Shown piece by piece: positions 1 to 9,007 of a DNA stretch of 39,175 bases. This DNA is from Gonapodya sp. JEL0774 (lineage: Eukaryota). The first letter of the stretch is position 1. Each line of letters begins with the position of its first letter. Position numbers and translations under genes: made by a program. Below the pieces are notes generated by a model, which did not search any database, was not told the origin of the DNA, and saw nothing but the letters and a program-made list of their open reading frames with translations. Location: assembly GCA_027604505.1 (NCBI GenBank), contig JADIIX010000042.1, forward strand, positions 124,001-163,175, written 5' to 3'.

Positions 1-42
1 GAAAACGAAAAGAACGAGCGAAAGATTTCTATCCCATTTCAG

Positions 43-1018
43 CTCTTACACCTGTTTCGATGAGTCTACCACCATTAGCCGGTGGATGGACTGCCGTGCT
101 ATTCGAGAGTACTTCTTGGCGTTCGAGCCCGTGCCCTCGACATACAAGGTGATCACGGGACGTGCTAAGAGGCTGGGATGGGACCGGGGTAACTGGGTTG
201 CTGTTCAAGCTGCCGGTATGTTTCCTTTTGCTAAGTACCATCACCGTTGGTAGCCCTAGAAGCTGAAGCTGGATCCCAATCAAACCACCTTTCGGACACT
301 ACCAGCCAGCAACTCCAATGGCGTAGTACCATTTTACGCCTCGGGGGATACTGGAGACGAGCAGGCCAGCTTCGACAAAGCCGCCTCTCTCAATGGTCCC
401 GAAATCCAAGTCGCGACCATTCGTTTGGACTCAATGCTTCTCAACGGGGCAGAGGAACTACAAAATCTAAAGAAGCAGGGCGTGGAGGTGGGGTCGTTTG
501 GACCGTTGGATCGGATGATTGAGTTCCTCGGCAATCATACGATCACGCGCGCGGGGCGGAAATTCATTGATTCGTCCGCTGTTAGGATATACGTTCTTAA
601 AAGTGAGCTTTTGTGCTAGTTTTTTTTTCCGTCTTCAACTTTGGCGACAATACCCCCCACTCCCTCCCTTTCTGCAGTTGATGCCGAAGGCTTTGACCCT
701 GACGTCATCCGCGGTGCCGAGGGTACCATCCGCACTCCTGGCCTCGTGAAGTTCCTCGCCTTTGAGTACAATGACAAATGGTTCACTGCCGGTCGTACTG
801 AAACCCTTCAATCTGTCGTAACCATGCTGGACGGCTGGGGTTTCAAATGCTTCTGGGTGACCCCGCACGTGCTTGCTCCTTTGTGGGGGGAGTGGTGGGA
901 TCCGTCCTACGAGATTCGTGGCTGGTCCAATGCATTCTGTGCCAACGATGCGGATGAAAGTGCGAGGGCGTTTGTTGCAAACTACAATCGGGGTTTGGCG
1001 ATTCCTGGATGGAATTAG
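43..1018 (+). CDS. FkbM-family (Methyltransf_21) SAM-dependent methyltransferase, 5'-partial
   Basis: Exons 43-215, 306-602 and 678-1018 joined by GT-AG introns give ...FLAFEPVPSTY...VQAAASN...VATIRLDS...VLKIDAEGFDPDVIRGAEGTI...FLAFEY...WSNAFC...*. The AFEP, LKIDxEG and FEY motifs are characteristic of the FkbM family. The start lies upstream of the window. Confidence 0.85.
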
Positions 1019-2231
1019 GACTTGACGTTCCAGTAATCTCCACTGGCATATTGCAGACTTGTTTTGTAGGTTTGATTGTGGGGTCTGCAGTAGTACTACT
1101 TCACGTTTGGCATGTACTTGAACTCTTATCTATGGCACTCTAATACCCGTAAAAGAACTTTTTTTCAGATATGGAGTTCATAATGTCTCTCCGTGTTTAC
1201 TGGAAATGTTGATTGCCGCCACGTCGTCATACATTGTGTACGCGACACCATCTCAGTCCCCACAGAGATACACTACTATGATGCAGAGCGTATAGAATTA
1301 CATTAGGTATGGGTAACGCTATGCGAGCCGGGGCCTCCATGTTGGATGCTTGCCGGCATGGAGCGTCACGCGGACCCAAGCGCCGAAGTGGCAGTTAAAA
1401 CGATAGGAGAAAGTGACACATAGGCCCACTTCTCCAAAGTCGAAGGGTTTAATAGACGACGCTCCATCAAAGTTTCTCCGACAGTCTTGCACCGTGCACG
1501 ACCGAGGTGAGCCGGCCAACAAAATGAATTATAAGTATTGCTTTATCTCTCGAACCTCAGAGACAACAAAAATCATAGAACTCTTCGGTCTAGGTGACAT
1601 AACGAAATGGAGTATCCTGTCGCTTTCATGAGAATGTGTCCTGCCTTCCCGGCAAACAAGCTAAACGAGCTATCTCAGCATCAACGTAGCAATATTATGG
1701 TTCGCCGTTACGTCTGTGCACTGAACTCAGACGACTGTTCTTCTTTGTGCTCTTGTGATGTAATGATGCACCGTTGTGAACCTTTGGAACTGATGACGGG
1801 TTTCCCCATAGAGACAGATATTATTCTTTTGTTGGGAGCACCCCAATGTCAATGAAGGCCGTGCCCAGAGTCAGTGGAGAGGAAGAAAAGCAAAAAAATC
1901 GGATGCTCCGTCATCGCCTGTCGTGCAACGATCATTCGCCGTGATGGAAACCCTTCATGGCGGCGGCAGCGGGTAGTGTTTGCACCTCAAGAACCGCGCC
2001 AAGAGGTTCTCCTGTGCCGATTTCATTTACTCTGAAACGCTTTCGTGTGCAACCGCGGCGCTTCCTCATCAGACGTCGGTGATGAGCGTCATTAGAAGGT
2101 GTTCAAGAACCGGAAAGATTATCGTCGCTACTTGCAGTCATTGATTCCGAATATCCATTCAGAAAGAACAGCACAATTTCTTTATGGTGCATGAAGATTC
2201 GGGCTTTCGTTTGAACTGCTGAGACCAACTA

Positions 2232-4310
2232 ATGAAAGGGCTGACTGCCTCATGGCCACGGCCCCAAAATGTAACTCAACATCTAATGGCAACTGGCATC
2301 GTCAAAGCTCCAGTTCCCGTATCGAGTGCAACGACGAGCATGCCGATCATTCCCCTGGCGGACCTCAAAGACAAGGAGGACCTGGCGTTCGGAGGGTTTG
2401 GCATTGTGTTCAAGGCTACGTGGACACAACGAAAGCTCGCAGGCCTCGCGAAAACCCGTATACCGGTAGTAATGAAAAGATTGCGCAGTGATATGATGGA
2501 TCACAAGGCGGTGAGGTTATCAGGATGACGAATTTCTACGCCGATGACAGCATTCATAGAAATATCGAACCCGGTCACGTTTTTCCCGGAATCTCAAAAG
2601 GAATTCGCGCGTGAGGCGAGCATTTGGTGGAACTTGCCTCTTCATGAAAACGTTTTACCACTCTACGGCGGAAATGTCGATTGCGACCGACCGTACATGG
2701 TCTGCAAGCTTGCCGAGAACGGTGACCTGACTGGGTTCTTGAGGAAAAATACTTTGACTCTGCAAGAAAAATTAAGTCTGGTAAGTCTTATCGTACGCAC
2801 GTAGCCTCGTTAGGCTAAGTGCGCATCATGCTGTTCTTCTTATTCCAGATGCTCGGTATCGCGCGAGGAGTCCTCCACCTTCATGAGAACGGAATAACAC
2901 ATGCGGACTTGAAAGGAGAGAACGTACTCGTTGACAAGCAAGGTACACCTATGGTGTCTGACTTTGGATACGCCAAATCGCGCTTCATCGGCAACAACCA
3001 ATCCATCTCGAGGAGGGACTCGACAAATGCGACGATTGGTGATGAGAAAAGATGGGGAACAACAGTTTACCTACCACCTGAGCGTCTCAAGCTCATGCTA
3101 GAGGGATCAATGAGTCCACCCTCAAGAGCCGGTGATGTCTATGCGTTTGCGATGATTTGCTTCCAGGTTTGTGCTTTTAATTTTTTATGACATTCGTCTT
3201 CTCATGACACGTACATTACTACATTCACCACAACTTCTGTTGACGTGATAGATACTGCGATTTGGCCAGCCGCCATTCCCAGACAGGGTTCGTGATACAA
3301 GCCTTTGGGAGGACATCGCTTTCAACAACCTTCGTCCAGATAACCAGGAGCCCTCCGCACTGCATCAATTATCCAGTCGCCTTGCTGAAGCGATCAGACA
3401 ATCGTGGAGTAGAACCCCCGAGAACCGTCCTAGCATGTCCCTGTTTGTTGAGATTTTGGAAATCCCTTTCAGTACTCATTCAATGAAGTTTGTCGGAGTT
3501 GGTGATGGAGCGTGTGGGTTGACCGCGCTTTATTGGCGATTCATGAAGGGAGAACTATATACAGTGAGTTATCGTGTATGGGATCGAGTTCGAGTTATGT
3601 GGTTCTGAAGATGAACTCGTGTCCTTGCTTCAAGCTTTATGTTCCTACAATACTTGAAAACTACGAGTTCGAATGTCGAATTAGCGGGCTAGGACGCAAT
3701 GACGTCAATGTGAAGCTGCATCTTGCAGACACAGCTGGACAGGAGCAATTTGCATACATTCGAACAACACTGCAGTACCCTGGGAGTGATGCAATACTTA
3801 TGTGCTTCAACATAGGGTGGCAAGATTCCTTCGACAATGTTTCTGAAACATGGTACCCTGAGATTCGACAATTTTTGCCTGGCAAACCAATAATCCTCGT
3901 CGGATTACAGAAGGACCTCCGGGATCATCCACGAAATGTGGGACTCGAGCCTCCAGTGACACAATCCCAGGTAATTTATTTCTTTCGCCTTTAATTGTGT
4001 TGCTGAATGCTACACGTGCCCACATGTCCTGAGAGTTGATTCTGGGTCGCATTCCTGACAGGGCATGGCTCTCGCAAGCGACCTGTCTCGCAAAAGCGGT
4101 CGCACCGTTCCTTACATTGAGTGCTCAGCAAAGACCGGGGAGAATATCAACGATGTGAGTGTCATCGCTTCCAAAACCTACCGTTCGCCCTTCACACTGC
4201 TGTGACAATGTGGCCTTGTTTTGCTGTCTGGGCGTCTGCGCCACCAGGTCTTCACCACTGCGGTGCAGGCGGTGCTCCAAGATCGTAGAGCAAGAGCTAA
4301 CGCCACCTAG
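2232..4310 (+). CDS. TKL-group protein kinase fused to a C-terminal Rho-like small GTPase domain (about 526 aa)
   Basis: Exons 2232-2510, 2601-2780, 2849-3166, 3252-3563, 3635-3970, 4062-4154 and 4248-4310, all GT-AG and phase 0. Kinase motifs: LAFGGFGIVFKATW, VVMK, EFARE, HADLKGENVLV, SDFG, GTTVYLPPE, DVYAFAM, W..TPENRPS. These run within exon 4 directly into Rho motifs: KFVGVGDGACGLT, YVPTILENY, DTAGQE, VGLQKDLR, YIECSAKTGENINDVF. The start codon is uncertain. Confidence 0.85.
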
Positions 4311-4522
4311 AACTGCAGTGAGCGGTGCCTGCGCTCTACCAATGGCGTGTGGTATCGAACCTGCCCTCCTGCGACTTATTGCAACTGCTCGGCACCACCA
4401 CTTGTGCCCCACAAGTCGCAAGCCAGCCCGAAAAATCTTCTCTTTCAAACCGACGATCTCGGTATCTACAGAATGTTGAGCTCAAGATTATCGTTCCGTG
4501 ATCCTGTTCTTGTTGGTGGGCA

Positions 4523-4532
4523 NNNNNNNNNN
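4523..4532. other. Assembly (scaffold) gap of 10 N
   Basis: Run of 10 N. Base composition becomes more GC-rich to its right. Confidence 0.99.
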
Positions 4533-4567
4533 CCTCACCCCCCCCCTGCCGCCGCCCCTCGGCGTTC

Positions 4568-4681
4568 CGTCGTGGTCAGTGGTGCACACATGTATTTATG
4601 TGATTCATTGCATCTTTTGGCTCGCTGCCCCGTCGTGGTGGACACCTGTATTTATGTAATCGCATCTTTTGGCTCTCTGCC
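4568..4681. repeat. Imperfect tandem duplication (two units of about 50-60 bp)
   Basis: cgtcgtggt...tgtatttatgt..gcatcttttggctc.ctgcc occurs twice in tandem. Confidence 0.7.
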
Positions 4682-6291
4682 ATTCTTGCCCCACGCTTCT
4701 TCGCAATTGTGTAGACATGAAATATGAAACTTTGTCCGGCCTAGAACACCATTCGTTCCCCTGCCGGGGCGAACTCTTTTGCACATATTGTTCGATGACC
4801 GACACCTCATCCAAACTGGTACGGGTAGATGCAAGCCCACGTCCTTACTTTTTTCAGAGCACAATAACAGGAACGGACCGGCCTGATGATTGCACCCGTC
4901 AGAAAGGACCTCTCTATCGCATGTGTGGATCATAACCACGCACCGGGACGGATGCACAGAGAGGACGGTTGTCGCGTGCACCCGCGGGGGACGTGGGAAA
5001 GATTACGTGAGCGGGTTGTTCACTGATGCTCTGCGCGAGCCGTTATGTGCTGTTGGCTGCCCGGCTGGTCCCGGCAGGGGGCTCCCTTACTACGGCTTAC
5101 TGAACTGCACAAATACTGTCTGTACTCTGTTCCATGCCACCCCATGCCCCCGACGCCCGAACGCCACCCGAGTCCCGACCCGAGCTGGCAGTTGGTGTCA
5201 CACTGTGTCGTTGATACAACTCACACGAAAGGACGAAACCCCACGCCCGACCTCCCGGCACCCTCCATCGGTGCCAACTGCGAACTGTGACGGATCACGG
5301 GACGCGGGACACGGATCAAATAACACGGGACACTCCACCGTCACGCGTCACGCGTGCCGTACCTGTCTCCAGGGGTGTGGAGGAGCGGGTGGTGGGCGGG
5401 TTTGTTGATGCCAAACAAACACGGGCACGAGCACCGGCATGCGTGCGCGGACGGACGGACGAGGTGGACAGAGAGGAGACAGGAGGTGGGACATGGGACG
5501 TGGATGGGACGGTGGGGGGCCGCGGTGGCGGTGAGGGTGACGGTGCACGGGGTGTGGGGTGTGGTCGGCGACAACAGCAGACAACGACAAACGACACTGA
5601 CATGCGTATGTATGTACGCACTACGCACTACGCAGTCGGGGTCGGGGGTCGGGGTATTCCGATTTCGCGGTCCCTGGTTCGCACAATGAAGGGCCAGGTG
5701 GATGTACGGTTTTTCCCCACCTACCCCGCCTGGCACCTAACTCCACCTCCACGTTGGGAGTTGGACAGGGCTCGTCGAGCGTCGGACGTCGGACGTCGAC
5801 GGGTCGGTACTTTGGTGGCTCGCAGTTCGCAGCTTCGGTTTTCGGACTTTGGTGTCGGGACTCGGGACTCTGGACTCAGGGCCGGCCCGTGTGGGGTGTG
5901 ACTCTGGACTCGGGGGCGGCCGATGTGGGGTGTGGGTGTGGGTTTTGTGGTAGAGGTTCCTCATGACGAACGGGGACGTCGACGTCGGGCGACGGTGGTG
6001 GGTTTGGGGTGGGTGTGTACCCATCAGGGGGAACTTTTCGGGGCACATGTAATATTTGGTTGTGGCTTGCACGGGACACGGGTCCAAGAATACTCTATTC
6101 CCACAAGAGCAACGTTCTATGCACAGTTCTATGCACAGTCGTCAGCCGTCACGTGCGATGTGCTGTGGTCCCGGAGCGCACAAGTCCAAAAGTCCAACGT
6201 GTTGACGTGTCACACCACCGGTTTCAAGGGGGGCGTGCTCTGTCCATGACATGACCCCATGAAACATGTCCCCACTTGGCCGACCCACCAT

Positions 6292-7509
6292 TTACGCCCT
6301 CCTCTGCCCCATCCCCGCCCCACTCCTTCCACTCCTCTCAGTCCTGGCCCCTACCGCACCCGCCCCACCGCCTCTGCCCACCATCACGTCCCTCTTCCCA
6401 CTACTGGCCTCGAGCACAGCCTGGCACCTCACCTCGACGCCCTCTCTCACCGCCCGTGCCAGTACTCCGGCAAAAAGTTCCACCGCTGCCACGTTGTCGT
6501 CGTTTCCAGGGATGGGGTACGTGACGCGTCGGGGGTCGCAGTCGGAGTCGACGAGGGATATGGTGGGGATGAGGTGGGTAGAGGATTCGGCAGCGCAGGG
6601 GAGGAGCGAGGGGAGGTCGAGGAGGATGAGGAGGGAGGGAACGTGGGGCGAGTGGGTGGTGGGGGAGGAGGGGGAGGAGGGAGGTTTGGAGGAAGGGGAG
6701 AGGGAGTCGGGAGGAGGAGAGGGAGATGCGCCGGCTGCGCCGGAGGAAAGGTCCACGTCGATGTCGAGGGATAGTTCTGGGTCGGAGGCACCACCTGCAC
6801 CAGGCCCTCCACCAGCACGTGCACCTCCACCAAACTCTGCACCGTCACCACCAGCCGCAACACTGGCCACGCTCCTCTTGAGCACACGGTCCCTGTTTGC
6901 AATGGTGCCCGGTTTCCAATCGGTGATGAAGTAGGATCCGGACGATCTGGCGGCGTCGACGGCGATGCGGTGCGTCCAGGGTCTACCGGCCACGAAGACG
7001 ACGATGCCGCCATTGAGCGCGACTTCGCGAGCGACAGCTGTAGCGCGTCTGAGCATTGCCAGGGTGCGTTCGAGGTTTATAATGTGTATGCCGTGTCGGG
7101 TGCCGTAGATGTAGGGCAGCATGTACGGGTTCGCTTGTGAGACTGCGTGACCAATGTGGAGGTTTGCGGCCGCGAGGAGGGGGAGAGAGAGAGCGTGGTT
7201 GGCGGGAAGGGCGGGACGGGAGAGGGGGAGGAAGTGCCAGGGATATGGGGGCAGAGGGGCCGAGGAGGAGACGAGCACAGACGGGAGTGGGCGGGGTGTG
7301 GCAGAGTGTGTGGCAGGGTGTGGCGCGGAGGGCGTGTGTGGGGGTGGGGAGGACGGGGACGAGGAGGAAGAGGAGGAGGAGCGGAGAGACCAGGCCAAGG
7401 TCGAGGGGGGACGTGGACACCGCGACACCAGAGACCCAGATGTCCGGGTCACACAACCCATCCTCGCCATCGCCTTGGTCGTCGTTTTCGCCGTCGTGGC
7501 CATTGCCAT
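6292..7509 (-). CDS. MRP4: Mitochondrial ribosomal protein S2 (uS2m), single exon, about 405 aa
   Basis: uS2 motifs LAAANLHIGH, PYMLPYIYGTRHGIHIINLERT, DWKPGTIAN, IPTISLVDSDCDPRRVTYPIPGNDD. The ATG at 7509 (MAMATTAKTTTKAMARMG...) starts an R/S/T-rich leader without acidic residues that resembles a mitochondrial presequence. The exact start is inferred. Confidence 0.88.
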   Translation of the reverse strand: MAMATTAKTTTKAMARMGCVTRTSGSLVSRCPRPPSTLAWSLRSSSSSSSSPSSPPPHTPSAPHPATHSATPRPLPSVLVSSSAPLPPYPWHFLPLSRPALPANHALSLPLLAAANLHIGHAVSQANPYMLPYIYGTRHGIHIINLERTLAMLRRATAVAREVALNGGIVVFVAGRPWTHRIAVDAARSSGSYFITDWKPGTIANRDRVLKRSVASVAAGGDGAEFGGGARAGGGPGAGGASDPELSLDIDVDLSSGAAGASPSPPPDSLSPSSKPPSSPSSPTTHSPHVPSLLILLDLPSLLPCAAESSTHLIPTISLVDSDCDPRRVTYPIPGNDDNVAAVELFAGVLARAVREGVEVRCQAVLEASSGKRDVMVGRGGGAGAVGARTERSGRSGAGMGQRRA

Positions 7510-8290
7510 CGTCTTTCTGCCCAGGCGGGTCCGATGTCGGTGTGTGTGGGTGAAGAACAGATGCAGTGTGGTGGGATGGACCCTGCACGGTGGAATAAGC
7601 AGGCGTGGTGTGCCATGGGTTCGTTGTGTTATTCCGAGCGAGAGTATAGTGGATAAGAGGCCGACCTCGCCCAAGCGCCAGCCAGAGACGAGCAGAGTCC
7701 GCCAGAGTCGATTGAACTTTTGCGGTCCATGTGGGCTGAATGAATGGGCTGAAGGTCCATATGGGCTCAATTGACAACCGCCAGAGGAAATCGACACTTT
7801 CGCGGTCCATATATGTAGGTCCGTATGGGCCGGATCGCATCGGATCGACCACTGGCAGTCGACATCTCTTGCGACCGTATGTATGTATGTATTACAGAGA
7901 CGTGTCCAGGTGAGCACTCCCCATTCCCCCATTCCCCCGTTTCCCATCTCGTCCCCATCCCGTCTCCATCCCGTCTCCATCTCCACGCCACCCATGATGA
8001 CCAACCCCGCCCGCGTGCCCCACGTGGTGCATCGGGTTGGGAGTTACCGAGGATGCCGCGAACCCCACGGTGTGTGGGATGCCCAACCGCAACACCACAC
8101 CCGTGCCAGTACCGGTCCGATGCCCCCTTTGGGTGTGGTGTGTGAGAATCAATATAGGCCTGGTCTGATGGTGGTGCGAGCCTTAAGCGGGATGATGCGG
8201 GCTTGTCCGGCCGGGAGAGTCTCGAACGAGTTTGAGCGAGATGGTGCGGTACTTGACCTCTGTTTTCCTTCCTTCCTTCCTCACTCCCTT

Positions 8291-8373
8291 CCCTTCCTTC
8301 CCTCTCCTTGCCTCTTTCCGTCTCTTTTCCTCCCTTCCTTCCCTCTCCTTTGCCTCTTTCCGTCTCTTTTCCT
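8291..8373. repeat. Polypyrimidine tandem repeat (two units of 41-42 bp)
   Basis: cccttccttccctctcctt(t)gcctctttccgtctcttttcct occurs twice, within a longer C/T tract. Confidence 0.85.
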
Positions 8374-9007
8374 CCCTTGCCCCATTCCTCACCCATCCCT
8401 CATGGAAGGTGTACGGGGACGGTAGAGGGTTAGGTTATTCTTCCATCTTGTATACATAACTGCACCCGAGCAGTCTCTTTGTATTTTTTTTTTTTCCCCC
8501 ACCAGTCAATCACTGTAACAATAAATTTGTGTGTGTTAATAAAAATTGCGTGTTACTGTTTGATTGTGTCTGTGTCTCACACCGAGCGAGATGAGCGAGA
8601 TCGGGCGGGAAAATACTTATACCTGTACCCCTTGCTCTTGCTCTATGTCCAACATCTCACCGACTCTCTTCATAATTATTTGCACCCGTCACCTGATTTA
8701 CATAATCTGCCACATCGACAACATACATAGTGGTTGGCCAAGGCACACACCATGCGCGGGCAAAGTACCTCTACACTCATCTTCAGAGGGTGAAGATATC
8801 AGAAAAGAAAGCTCTCGTTTGTGTTACAGCTTCCTATTACATTAGTGCTTGTAAGCATTAGGGAGGAAAAAAACTTGGCAAAAGCTACAGCAAAAGCTGG
8901 GGGCGACCGCACCGCCGCAACGCCGGGTCATCCGCACACCCACACCCTCCGCCCGATCCTTTACCCCCCATCCCCATCCCCATCCCTCCCCTCGGTCCCT
9001 AGGACAA

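Noticed and set aside
1100..2231. Upstream exons of the kinase, or an ncRNA
   Set aside because: There is an in-frame stop just before ATG 2232, and I found no convincing exon chain or ncRNA motif.
3483..4310. Stand-alone Rho gene separate from the kinase
   Set aside because: There is no stop codon, intron or intergenic space between kinase subdomain XI and the Rho start, because both lie in one open frame.
4890..6260. Many overlapping ORFs of 80-200 aa, and a possible minus-strand first exon at 5440-5363 (MPVLVPVFVWHQQ...|GTACGG)
   Set aside because: Stop-poor, GC-rich, low-complexity sequence. No domain motifs and no convincing downstream exon before the gap.
7510..8004. N-terminal 165 codons of the 570-aa ORF-track entry
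   Set aside because: No uS2 similarity, and the composition reads like translated GC-rich non-coding DNA. A presequence-like leader starts at 7509.
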